A stretch of 64,000 bases of DNA from Octopus sinensis (lineage: Eukaryota): contig NC_042998.1 in the NCBI RefSeq assembly GCF_006345805.1, positions 93,992,001-94,056,000 on the forward strand. The letters run 5' to 3'. A program made the translations under genes and the position numbers. Below, piece by piece: positions 12,718 to 25,408 of this stretch (within the stretch, counting starts at the first letter, position 1; every line of letters starts with the position of its first letter). The notes under the pieces were generated by a model. It saw only the letters and a list, made by a program, of their open reading frames with translations, was not told where the DNA came from and did not search any database.

Positions 12718-13399
12718 CATATGTAGTTCAAAATATAAAAAATAACAAATCATAAAATAAATTTTTTATTTTTCAAAATGAAATGAAACTAACGATAAAA
12801 TGGAAAATAATGTTTATTTTTGTATCTTTCCACCTTATATTTGAAAAGTTTTTTTCCTACTTTTTTTTAATTGCAAAGTCTTTGATCAGATTCTCTAGCG
12901 TTTCTCAATCTTTTTACCCTTCCATAATCTTAAAATAAATTGCATGTCTCAAGGAACCCCTGTACAAAAAAGCTGTATATCATACCTTTCTCATATTTTT
13001 TCATCGCAGTTCATGTGGTAAATGTGTGTGTATGTGTATTGTGTTTGCATGTATGTCTGTGTATCTATCTGCAGTTACTTGTCGCTACTATGACTCTTTA
13101 AGGCTTTGGCATATCTTGGTAAGCTTTCTCCATACTAGTCAACTTTTTGCTTGAGTTTGCCATTTATTATGATCAATTCCTTTCCACTTCATATTCCTCT
13201 ATGCAGTATCTATGAATCTTAGTCTAATTCTTGCGTGGTTTCTTTTCTCCTTACATAATTGGGGGTAAAAGAGTTGTTTGGGGGAAAGGTACTGGTGTTG
13301 TCCATCCAGCTTACGTGACCCAACCAACATAAAAGTTTCTGCATATATATCATAAGAAAGGATCAAAGGTCCTTCTTAAGACTAGTTTTACAGCATATA

Positions 13400-13575
13400 T
13401 AATCTTCCCTTGGACATGGCTCCAGTCTGTTGCAGGATTAATTATTTTTACCAGCTAAATGAACTGGAGCAATATGAAATGAAGTGTTTTGCTCAAGAAC
13501 ACAATGTGTCACCCAGTCCTGGAACTGAAACCACAGTCTTACAATCATGAGTGCAACAACCTAATCACTAAACCA
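13400..13575 (-). mobile_element. tRNA-derived SINE fragment
   Basis: Minus head GCATGGTTTAGTGATTAGG..GGTTTCAGTTCC..TTGAGCAAAACACTTCATTTC. Confidence 0.55.
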
Positions 13576-13593
13576 TGCTCCAGCACATATAAA

Positions 13594-13626
<33 letters not shown>

Positions 13627-13931
13627 GTGTGTGTTTGTGTGTGTGTCTAAGAGATATAAATGTTGGAACTAAAAGCTAACATGCTTTTTCAAGAAGTTTC
13701 AATTTTTTTCTTTTTCACTCCTTTCACAAAATCACTGCAATCCACTGATTGGATGTAGCATTTCGGACCTGTACAATAGAGCCTAAAGGTATACTTTTCC
13801 TTTCAGCTATGTCTGATAAGTATAAAATTATTCTCCCTTATAGGAAAGACTTTTGTGGTATGAAACCATCCAGTAACACAAATTGGGTGTCATGAGACTA
13901 AAACAATTATTTGAATAAATAATATATATAT

Positions 13932-14405
13932 ATCAAATTCGATGACTGGCATCTGTGCTAGTGGAGCGCTATGTGCACCATCTGAGCATGATCATTGCCA
14001 GACCAGTTAACTGGCTTCTGTGCCGGTGGCACGTAAAAAGCACCATTCAAGTGTGATCATTACTAGTGTCGCCTTACTGGCACGTGAAAAAACATTCAAG
14101 TGAGGTCATTGCCAGTGCCACTGGACTGACTCCTGTGCAGGTGGCATGTAAAAACACCATTTTAGCATGGTCATTGCCAGTACCACCTGACTGGCCCTCA
14201 TGCCAGTGGTACGTAAAGCACCCACTACACTCTTGGAGTGGTTGGCATTAGGAAGGGCATCCAGCTGTAGAAACTCTGCCAGATCAGATTGGAGCCTGGT
14301 GCAGCCATCTGGTTTGCCAGTCCTCAGTCAAATCGTCCAACCCATGCTAGCATGGAAAGCGGACGTTAAATGATGATGATGATGATGATGATGGTGATGA
14401 TGATG
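13932..14405 (+). mobile_element. SINE with internal repeats and RTE-like tail
   Basis: Close homolog of 5460-5940; ends GGAAAGCGGACGTTAAATGATGATGATG. Confidence 0.8.
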
Positions 14406-14419
14406 CATACATACATATA

Positions 14420-15590
14420 TCTCTATATATATAAAACTGAGAATGTGTGTCTGTCTGTGTGTTTCTCTAAAACTTGAGAACTACACAACCAATTTCATTC
14501 AAATTTTACACATGCCTTACTTAAGGTCTGGGGAGTGTCATCAGCAAAAAAAGTTTTAACTTTTTTCCTAGGGCGAGCCCACAGCAATATCATATGTTCT
14601 CCATCACGATTCCCTAAAACTTGAGAACTACACAACCAATTTCATTCAAATTTTACACGTGCCTTACTTAGGGTCCATGTAGTTTCATGGGCAAAAAAAA
14701 ATGTTCAACTTCTTGCCTAGAACGAGCCCATAGCAATATCATATCTTCTCCACTATTTCAGTATTACGTGTTAAAAGTGAAACAAAAACATTTCTCTATT
14801 TTATGTCAGATGCTTTCACTTTAACAATAAAAATAATAATAACAATTGAATTATATGTAGTAAGTAACAATTAAAATCAAACTAAAGTATAATATAATCG
14901 TAACATAACAAAAGTAAAAATAGCAATTGGTATAAAATTACATCAATGACTTGAACTTGAATAAGTGGTTTCTCATGAATGGGAATAAATTAAAAATAAA
15001 ATTAGCGTGCAGAAATGGAATAGTCCAGATGGATAATAAAAAATTAAATTAAAGGAAAGACTATTGTCTATAAAGTATAAAATGTAGAGAAAAAAGATTT
15101 GAACACCTGGAGGAAAGCACCATTGAAAAGTGTCTTGGTGCGACTATGAAAGATATCTAACCAGGGGCGGTAAATTTGCCACAATAGAAGCAAGGTTCGA
15201 GTCAACGGAGCATGCAAGGGAGTACTCGACTCAAACCTTGCAAAGTGGAAATATTTTATTTTTACCTTTATATCTGGGACGTAGGATGTCCTGGATATAA
15301 ATTAAAAATGTCCCCCCCCCAGCAGTAGAGGTAGGCTGGATTGTAGCCACACTTCTATACAAGAGGGGGGACAAGGTACAATTGATCGAAATTGCAAGAG
15401 ACGGGCTTACAATTCCAGTCTGTTATATATTTTGAGTATTGTTATCACTAGCGATATCAAGATATAACTTTGTATTTTGTATTTTATGTGTAGATGTATT
15501 TATATATAGATGTACATGTAATATGTACACATATATATACACATATATATACATGCACTAGCACTATGACCCGGCAACGACGGGTCTTTG
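14420..15590 (+). mobile_element. Non-autonomous Helitron (copy 1), with ~150-bp 5' subterminal duplication and ORF1 cargo
   Basis: A|TCTCTATATATATAAAACTGAGAATG 5' end and 3' hairpin GACCCGGCAACGACGGGTC (terminal CTAG missing in this copy). An inverted homolog at 36176-37190 retains CTAG. Confidence 0.75.
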
Positions 15591-15713
15591 CACACACCCA
15601 AAACTCACAACCCCATCGATATACGCATATACATCCATATACGCTTACACACACACACACATACAAACGCACACGTACACGCACACACAACTACACGCAC
15701 ATACGACACGCAT

Positions 15714-15746
<33 letters not shown>

Positions 15747-16245
15747 AATGAACCCACACATACATCCCATACACACGGCACACAATTATACATACACGCA
15801 CACGATTATACATACATGTATACACACATACGCACGTACAAGCACACACGCACACATACACTAAGTAAAGCACAGTTATTCGCCACACACCCAAACTCTA
15901 CACATACACACACGAACACACACATACATACACACACACACACTACAAACAAACCACACACACGATACATATACATACACACACACACATACTTCAAAGT
16001 AACAGTACTGACCTGTGGCAGGGACAAAAAAACACCACTCCTTATTCTACTAGCCCTACAAACTAGCCCTACTACTAGCCTTTTGTTTATAGCCACAACC
16101 ACACACACATGCACACACACAGGCACACACACACGCACACACGCACACACACACACACACACACACGTGTCATCATTGCACACATACACACACACACGCA
16201 GACCTCCGTGCACGCACATATCCACACTTACACACACATTCCCCC
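15590..16245. repeat. Degenerate (CA)n-rich microsatellite block
   Basis: Direct reading; source of the HT/CV-rich ORFs. Confidence 0.95.
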
Positions 16246-16299
16246 TCCTATCATTCTGCTGTCTTTGACAATACTACTCTTCTGTCTTTGAAAACATCT

Positions 16300-16540
16300 T
16301 TCTTCACCCTTATCCTTCTTTCAAAATGTGACGTCGTGTGTACTGTTGGCGATTTTTTTTCCTCTGTCTTCCCTTCTCTGGATCTTTCCTTCTCCTATGT
16401 TTCTGACGAAGAGCTCCGCTCGAAACGTTAAACCCTCCTTCTTTCCTTCTTTCCTGAGCATCCAATAATACTATATTTGTTCCATGTCCTCGCGTTGTTG
16501 TGTTTTTTTGTGTTTTTTCTTGTTTGGATTAACTTTATAT
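16300..16540 (+). mobile_element. Penelope-derived tail ending in (TA)n
   Basis: Contains the hammerhead core at 16399-16433 and ends GTTTGGATTAACT-(TA)n; related ends at 22180-22330 and 55700-55760. Confidence 0.65.
16399..16433 (+). ncRNA. Minimal type I hammerhead ribozyme motif
   Basis: GTTT-CTGACGA-A-GAGC(TCC)GCTC-GAAA-C-GTT^AAAC: complete CUGANGA/GAAA core, 4-bp stems I and II, palindromic ACGT stem III, as described for PLE-associated minimal hammerheads. Confidence 0.65.
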
Positions 16541-16549
16541 ATATATATA

Positions 16550-16635
16550 TGCTACACCAAAGAGCTAATTTATAGAATTAATGAGTTCATTCACAGGATA
16601 AGATGGAAGATTTTCCACCACGAAAACAGTGATAG
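16550..16635 (+). pseudogene. Penelope ORF N-terminal fragment
   Basis: YTKELIYRINEFIHRIRWKIFHH matches the PLE N-terminal pattern Y.K.LI...E.FI.R.RWK..F. Confidence 0.5.
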
Positions 16636-16997
16636 CAAATTTATATTTACTTATATTTATATTCTCTTTTATATATATTCTACTTATTATACAACATTAC
16701 TCTTTTATGTACACTTTTTTATGTACATTCCTTTATGTACACTGATTTGTTCTGCTTTTTATATTTAACCCTACAGTCTCTTATGTAGTGGTTTAATAAA
16801 GTATGTGATTGAGTATTATCTGGTAATTGATATTTGATTTAGATGTATTTCTCCATTTTCTTATCTTGTATTAGTAATTTGTGATAAATCATTTTACCTT
16901 TGCCCATATAATACAGTAAATGAATTGATTGCATCGCAGTCATTGACATTTATGTATCAACTTTGTTGGGTACTTCACTAGCAGTATATTGGATATA

Positions 16998-18266
16998 CGA
17001 GGGGCGTTCAATAAGTAATGCCCCTGACCCACTTGCAGTTGTTTGATCTAGCTGAAATTTTGCATGTGCACTTATTCATACCTCTATAGATTAAGTGGCG
17101 AATTACAGCTCTGGACTAATTGTGGTTTCTGATTTACAGGTGTTTCAACTGAGTCAAGTGTGAAATGGAGCCTGTTGAGTGTCGAGCAGTGATCTGGTTT
17201 TTGTATTTGAAAGGACGCACACCACGGGAGACTTTTGATGAAATGAAAGTAACTTATGGTGATGATGCCCCATCATATGACCTTGTAAAATGCTGGCATT
17301 GTGAATTCAAACATAGTCAGAACTCTGTGGAAACAGCTCCCAGATCTGGTCACCCCCTTCTGCCGTTGATGAGACGTCTGTCCGTCAAGTTGAGGCTGCC
17401 ATTTTGGAAGGTCAACGCATAACTATTCGCCAAATAGCCCCATAAGGTCAAGATTAGTACCGGGTCTGTGGAACTATCATTCATGACCATCTGCATATGC
17501 AAAAGGTGTCTGCCAGATGGATTTCCAGGTTGCTTACCCTTTCCAGAAGCAAGAATGCGTTGAGTGCTCGAGGATGAATTTGGAGATGTGCCAAGAAGAT
17601 GAGTCAAAATTTTTCAAAAGACTGATTACACAGGATAAAACCTGGGTCCATCACTATGATCCATAGACCAAAGCCCAGTCAATGCAGTGAAAGCACCGTG
17701 ACTCACCTCCTCCAAAGAAGGCATGGGTACAGCCCTCCGCTGACAAGGTTATGCTCACAGTCTTCTGGGACCAGAACGGAGTAGTGATGACAGATTTCCT
17801 GGCAAAGGGTACCACAATTACAGGAGCCTATTATGCTTCACTTTTGAGGAAATTAAGAGAAGCTATCAAAATCAAGAGGCGGGGCAAGATCAGCAAAGGC
17901 ATCCTCCTCCTGCAGGACAACGCTCCGGTCCACAACTCGCGTGTCGCCAGATCAGAAGCACAGGCGTCCAGCTATGAACTACTCCCCTTGCACCCTCTGA
18001 TTTTCACCTCTTCCCAGCCATGAAGTTGATTTTGAAAGGAAAGCGTTTCCCAGATGATGCAGCCTTGATTTCTGAAGTCACGTCGTGGTTGGAGGACCAA
18101 GCTGGGGTCTTCTACAAAAACGGTCTCCAGAGCTGTATCAAACGATGGGAGAAATGCATAACTCTGGTTAGTTCCTATGTAGGAAAAGACTAATAACTGT
18201 GCCAAGTGTCGTTGCTCTACTGCTATGGGAAGTGGGTCAGGGGCATTACTTATTGAACGCCCCTCG
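16998..18266 (+). mobile_element. Full-length (1269 bp) defective mariner, copy 1
   Basis: TIR CGAGGGGCGTTCAATAAGTAATGCCCCTGACCCACTT at both ends with TA/CA flanks. Transposase MEPVECRAVIWFLYLKG..ITQDKTWVHHYDP..LLQDNAPVH..SDFHLFP, broken by stops and frameshifts. Confidence 0.95.
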
Positions 18267-18313
18267 CATGTTATCCCATGGAGGGTTGCATTTACAACCC
18301 CTATCTCAATTTG

Positions 18314-18351
<38 letters not shown>

Positions 18352-18377
18352 CATATATATATATGTATACATAGATG

Positions 18378-18540
18378 CAGGAGTGGTCGTGTGGTAAGTA
18401 GCTTGCTTAGCAACCATATAGTTCTAGGTTTAGTCCTACTGCGTGGCACCTTGGGCAAGAGTCTTCTACTATAACCTTAGGCTGCCCAAAGCCTTCCGAC
18501 TGGTTTTGATAGATGGAAACAGAAAGAAGCCCGTTGTATA
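18378..18540 (+). mobile_element. tRNA-derived SINE 5' half (GGCGCAGGAGTGG family)
   Basis: GCAGGAGTGGTCGTGTGGTAAGTAGCTTGCTT..GGAAACAGAAAGAAGCCCG; homologous to 56780-56945. Confidence 0.75.
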
Positions 18541-18559
18541 TATATATATATATACATAT

Positions 18560-19015
18560 AACAATAGAACAAAAATTCAATAGAGGGCATTAAAACATTT
18601 GGACAGATAGATGATACAAAGGCGGACAAGAGAAACAACAATTAGAAGGACAGGCAAAAAAAGACGGGTAATTCTTGGCTTTCTTTCATCAGTCAATAGT
18701 ATTTAGTCAATAGTATTTGAATACTATTGCAACTTACACACAAGGTACAGGAATCTTATATGTATATCATTCTGCCTAAATGATGGACCTGTAGATACAA
18801 TATCCCTGCATATCTCATGTCTGTTTTTATTCTTCCACTTCACTCTCTACTTCATATTTTCTCTCTAGAATAACTATTGCTTAACCATTCTCTCGCACCG
18901 TCTCCGATGAAGGGATATTTAAAATATCCCAGAAACAGCTGTAAGGCCTCCTCTTTGCAAATGTTCTGAAATCTTTCACAACCTTGGATTTTTATCTCGT
19001 TCTGTTAATTTTTTA
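18560..19015. mobile_element. Penelope-derived element flanked by (TA)n, with degenerate hammerhead at 18900-18947
   Basis: CCGATGA-A-GGGATATTT..AATATCCC-A-GAAAC-AGCT-GTA^AGGC; (TA)n on both sides. Confidence 0.45.
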
Positions 19016-19460
19016 TATATATATACATGCTAATATATGACCTATGTTGGACTCCTCATTTGCATAATCACCAAACCTGGAGCTTAACTATAGTCTTTCC
19101 ATAGCACTTACACACCATTATCTGACACCTTTGGGTCTTCTTTACACCATTACCTCTCATAACCAATATATACACACACACATAGAGAGAGATGATATTT
19201 ACCACATGAACTACGATGAAAAAATATAAGAAAGGTAAAGTATATAGTTTTTTTTTGTGCAGGGGCTCCTTGAGACATGCAATTCATTTTAAGGTTATGG
19301 AAGGGTAACTAATAAAAAGTAGGAAAAAATTTTTAAATATAAGGTGGAAGTATACAAAAATAAACATTATTTTACATTTTATCATTAGTTTTGATTCATT
19401 TTGAAAAATAAAACATTTATTTTATGATTTATTATTTTTTTATATTTTGAACTGCATATA

Positions 19461-19609
19461 CTGTATTTTAATGTTTATAAGGAACCCCCTAATTTATGGG
19501 GCTTAAAATTTAGAAAAAAGGATTTGTAAGGGATTATGATACTATCCATGTATAAGAAACCCCCTAATTTTTGACAAAAACAGGGTTCCTTATACACATT
19601 AGAATACAG
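19461..19609. mobile_element. ~150-bp MITE (copy 2)
   Basis: TA|CTGTATTTTAATGTTTATAAGGAACCC ... GGGTTCCTTATACACATTAGAATACAG; inverted homolog of 12557-12717. Confidence 0.75.
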
Positions 19610-20769
19610 TGTATGGGGGCATCCATATCTTTTCAGTGCTAAGGGCCTCTATATGAGACTTGATCCAGCCCAGAATTCAAGGCCTGAAGTTTTGGGGAGA
19701 GTCAATTAATTAGATCAACCCAGTATTTCACTGTTACCCATTTTATCAGTTTTGAAAGAATAAAAGGTGAAGTTAACCTCAGCAGTATTTGAACTCTTTA
19801 AAGAATTAAAGAATTAAGGAATAAATAAATTGCTAAGTGAGAGAGTGCAGTCTTTCTCAGTTGACAGAGTATTACATTGGTAAAGATTAATGGTGACTGG
19901 ACATGCTTTGAGAAGATCAAACATATCACTAGCCACTGCTTTGAAAGACATAAATCAAACTACATAGAACCTTATCATGTTGGAGAGGCCAGGAGAAAGA
20001 TATATATTTCCCAAGTCAATGAGGATTTAACCTTATGCTATATTGGATTTAGTGAAGTTGCTAATCTTACCACTAATAGGCACCACTGGTAAAAGTATTG
20101 GTCTCCCATTAAAGTTGTTGTTGTTGGTGGTGGTGGTGGTGGTATGGTGGTGGTAGTAGTGGTAGTGACAGCAATACTTGCATCTGAAATAACTGTATTA
20201 GCATCAGTAGTGATTACGATGCTGATGATGATGTTGATGATGATGACAATGTTGATGATGTAATGTCATTTGCGGTACATATTCTATCAGTGCTGGTGGT
20301 GGTGGCAGTGGTGATAGTGGTGACGGTGGTAGAGTTGGTAGTGACAGCGATGCTTATATATCTGATGTAATAATGATGATGATAATGATGATGATGACAG
20401 TTACAGCAGTGATAATGACAGAAATGTGGTGGTGGTGGGAGTGTTGTTGCTGGTAATTATGATGACGATGACAATAATGATGAGTATGATGATGATGAGG
20501 ATGACAACGATGACAACGATGATGATGATGATGGTGATGGCGGGGATGAGGATGAGGATGAGGGTGAGGGGAGAGTGGTGATGAGGATCATGATATAAAT
20601 CTACATTTCATTGTATCATCATGTATAGAAACACAAACTTAAAAATATATTATCTCTTACATGACAATATATCATGCTGGAAAAAAAGATAAATAAATAA
20701 AAAGGAAAAAAGACAATAAAATCTGACAAGAAAGATTTCACACGGTAACCCCTCCCTCCTCCCCCCACA

Positions 20770-21310
20770 CATTCAAACACCCTTATACACACACACACAT
20801 ATGCGTACACACTCACATATACACTTACACACATGCAAAGAAATACATCCAAAAGCATGCAGCATACATGCAAACACATCTAGTTTTGTGTGTGTGTATG
20901 TGTGCATATATGCGTGAATGTGTGTGTGTATTACATATATATATACTATGTATACACACACATATGTATAAATATGTACACATACATATATAGTGTACCT
21001 GTACATATATATATATATACATGTATATGTGTACATATATACATACATATGTGTATATAATTATATATATATATGTGTATGTACAAATATATGTATATAT
21101 ACATACATATATATATATATACATATATATATGTGTATGTATATATGTATGTATATAGATAGATGCATACATACATACATATATATTTATCTATAATTAT
21201 ATATACATATATAATATACGCACACAAAGACATGCACAAACATACAGATGCAAACACACACACACATATGTACAGGAATAAACAAACATAGGTATATATG
21301 TATAAAAATA
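20770..21310. repeat. Compound (CA)/(TA)/(TACA) microsatellite block
   Basis: Direct reading. Confidence 0.95.
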
Positions 21311-22179
21311 GATATTTACACACTCTAAAATATACATCTCTTTTTGTAGAAATTTGCCCAATTCCAAGAAATGTTTACCGTTCCAAAGAAAGTAAAAAAA
21401 AAAAACAGAAAGAAATCTTTCGTGTTTCATATACACACTCTGAAATAAATGTTACACCAATTGCATACAATACCAAGTGTAACACAGAATTATGTAGCTT
21501 TTTTTTTTCTTCATGCATGATTTCCTATATCAAAATATTGTTCCATTATATATCTGTATGTAATAAAATTATGCATGCTTATACAGACATATAGATAGGC
21601 AGTTCTTCATGCAAAATATAAAAATACCATAACATAAAATAACACATGTATATGTGCATGAGTGTGCATGAGTATGCATGCATACATTTGTGTGTGTGTC
21701 TTGGAATGCAGGCTTGTTTTTGTGTGGGTGCCATTTCTATTTAACCTATAAATGCTTTTGTTTTTGTGTAATATTTTTATCGTAATTTTTTTTTTGTTCA
21801 TTCATATTTTTTTCTGGTTCATTTCTCATGCATCTATTCTTTTCTACATATTATATAGCTTATATACATGTGTTGGCCGTAAATCTATATGTGTGTAGCT
21901 GTAAGTGTGTGTGTGTTTGTGTGTGTGTGGTGTACACAGGCACTTAAGCACACATGGATTTACATATACATAGATACCTACATACGCATGTATCATCATC
22001 ATCATCATCATCGTCATCATGACATATGCAATGGAAATGTGTGTGTGTGTGTGTGTTTGTTTATGTATGTGTGTATGCATATGTATATATATGTATATAT
22101 ATATATATGTATGTGTGTGTATATACATATATGATGATATATATATGCATGTGTGTGTACATACATATATGCATATATA

Positions 22180-22330
22180 TATTCTTTTTTCTATGTTTCT
22201 GACGAAGAGCTCCGCTCGAAACATTAAATCCTCCTTCTTTCTTTCCTTTCCTGAGCGTCCAATAACACTATACTTGTTCCACGTCCTCGCGTTGTTGCGT
22301 TTTCTCTTTGTTCATGTTTGGATTAACTAT
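22180..22330 (+). mobile_element. Penelope-derived tail with hammerhead motif (22195-22229)
   Basis: Near-identical to 16390-16540, but reads GAAACATT instead of GAAACGTT; ends GGATTAACT-(TA)n. Confidence 0.65.
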
Positions 22331-22344
22331 ATATATATCAACAT

Positions 22345-23190
22345 CTACGTTTAGCATCTGCTCCCCATCCTGGCATGGGTTAGATGGTTTGACTGAAACT
22401 GGTCAGCTGGAGAGCTGTACCAGGTTCTCAATCTGATTTTGCATGGTTTCTATGGCTGGACGCCTTTCATAACACCAACCATCCTGAGAGTGTAATAGGT
22501 GCTTTTTATATGCCCACTGGCACCAGTGCCATTTATATGACATGAGCATCAGCCACAACTATAATTTCACTTGACTTGATGAGTCTTCTCAAGCATGGTA
22601 TATCGCCAACAGTCTCGGTCACTTATCATTGCCTCCGTGAGGCCCAACGTTTGAAGAGTGCTTTTATATATATCATTTTTTATACTTTTATTTTACCTGT
22701 TTCTGTCTTCATTCCTGATCTCTCTCTCTCCCTCTCTCTCTCTCTCTCTCACTCCTGGCTAGGTAACCTTATACCTCCTTGAAAGCAAGACACCTGTTTT
22801 TGTCTCTTTGTTTCACTATAACCTGTTATCAGCTGACACAAGATCATCTCCTTCATTGCTCCCTCTCCTTGCAAATGACTTTTGCCTCACAAGTTACTTG
22901 GTAATCCTATCAGTGCAGGTGCCACTTAAATATCATCCAGTCCATACTGTAAAATGGCTGGCATTTGGAAGGGCATCCAGGTGTAAAAACCTTTCCAAAA
23001 CTGACCTCATCTTATGTGCTTGTGCCATGCAAAAAGCACTAAGTGCACTCTGATGAATGGTTGGTATTAGGGAGGGCATCCAGCTGTAAAAATCCTGCCA
23101 AAACAGACAAGAAGATAGGGGTAGGCTTCTGCCTGGCCAGCTTCTGTTAAACCGTCCCACCCATGCCTACATGGAAGGCCCTTATTAAAT
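22345..23190. mobile_element. Two RTE-tailed SINE remnants in opposite orientation
   Basis: 22345-22660 is a reverse-complement tail; 22920-23190 is a forward tail (GAAGGGCATCCAG.TGTAAAA present twice) ending in GAT repeats. Confidence 0.6.
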
Positions 23191-23255
23191 GATGATGATG
23201 ATTATATATGTGTATGGATATGTATATATATATATCATCATCATCATGATGAGGA

Positions 23256-23300
<45 letters not shown>

Positions 23301-23419
23301 AATGTAAAAAAATACAAACTGGGACAAGAACGTGAAACATTTAGAAGACGATACAAAAAACACGGACGGACATTCGAAGCCTTCAATCTTCAGTCAAGAA
23401 CCGGATCATCTTCGCAATT

Positions 23420-23825
<406 letters not shown>

Positions 23826-23882
23826 ATATATATGCATATATATATATATATAGTTAATCAAACATGAAAACACAAAGATGGG

Positions 23883-23914
<32 letters not shown>

Positions 23915-24169
23915 GTGATTACGATCATGGTGATGATCATGATAAGCTTGCCAAATACCTAAGCTGGACTCGAACACATTTTTGACCGAGCCATACAAGA
24001 GACCACAAATGCTGTGCCTGAAGAATCTTTTGTTTTTTGACTACTGATTCATTTCCACCAACACAATACAGTACAGAATGACTAATACAGTGCTTCCCAA
24101 CAGTAGTTCCCAACCCTTTCATTTAAATGAGTTTTCCTATGAACCCCTTTTGATGCGATTGTCCTTATG

Positions 24170-24240
<71 letters not shown>

Positions 24241-24242
<2 letters not shown>

Positions 24243-24640
24243 TGGAGTGGCTGTGTGGTAAGTAGCTTGCTTACCAACCACATAGTTCTGAGTTCAGTCC
24301 CACTATAAGGCACCTTAGGCAAGTGTCTTCTATTATAATCTCGAGCCGACCAAAGCCTTGTCAGTGGATTTGGTAGACGGAAACTGAAAGGAGCCCATTG
24401 TATATATATATATATGTATATGTGTTTGTGTGTCTGTGTTTGTGCTCCCACCATCGCTTGACAACTGATGCTGGTGTGTTTACATTCCTGGAATATAGCA
24501 GTTCGGCAAAAGAGACTGATAAAGTAAGTACTAGGCTTACAAAGAATAAGTCCTGGGATTGATTTCTTCGACTAAAGGCGGTACTCCAGCATGGCTGCAG
24601 TCAAATGACTGAAACAAGAAAAAGAATTAAAAAAAAAGAA
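24241..24640 (+). mobile_element. tRNA-derived SINE (GGCGCAGGAGTGG family), near full length
   Basis: Head GCTGGAGTGGCTGTGTGGTAAGTAGC through tail GACTGAAACAAGAAAAAG. Confidence 0.85.
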
Positions 24641-24982
24641 TATATATAAGAAATTTTGAATTTAGTTCATGGACCCCCAGTACTATCTTTGTGGACCACC
24701 AGGGGTCTGTGGACCCTAGGTTGGAAACCACTGGTCATATAGAATCCTAAAGCAAAGTACCCAGCTTATTTTCTACACTTTTCTTACAATTGTCAATGGA
24801 ATGGTCATTTAATATTTTTCCTGTTGTGGCACAAGGCCTACAATATTTTAGGAGGAGGGTGCCAGTCGATTACATTGACCCCAGTACTTGACCCTGTAAG
24901 AAAGAAAGGCAAAGTTGACCTCAGTGGAATTTGAACTCAGGACATAATGAGTTCAGTCTCTTTATCAGAGTTTTGAGCTGTA

Positions 24983-25408
24983 TTCTTTTACTCTTTTACT
25001 TGTTTCAGTCATTTGACTGTGGCCATGTTGGAGTACTGCTTTTAGACAAGCAAATCAACCCCAGGACTTATTCTTTGTAAGCCTAGTGCTTATTCTGTTG
25101 GTCTCTTTTGCTGAACCACTAAGTTATGGGGACATAAACACACCAACATTGATTGTGAAAGTGATGAAGGTGGGACAAACACAGACACACACACAAACAT
25201 ATATACACACACACACACACACTCACACACACACACACATACACACACACACACACATACACACACACACATACACACACATATATACGATAGGCTTCTT
25301 TCAGGTTCCATCTACCAAATCCACTCACAAGGCTTTGGTCGACCTGAGGCTATAGTGGAAAACACTTGCCCAAGGTACCACGCAGTGGGACTGAACCTGG
25401 AACCATGT
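24983..25408 (-). mobile_element. Body of a split tRNA-SINE (its head lies at 27430-27467)
   Basis: The minus strand starts abruptly at ACATGGTTCCAGGTTCAGTCCCACTGCGTGG, about nt 43 of the family as seen at 56780, and runs to the normal tail. Confidence 0.8.

Noticed and set aside
24089-24733. hAT-like MITE (CAGTG.TTCCCAAC ... GTTGGAAACCACTG) interrupted by a SINE
   Set aside because: The termini are suggestive but no 8-bp TSD is visible; too weak to list as a feature.
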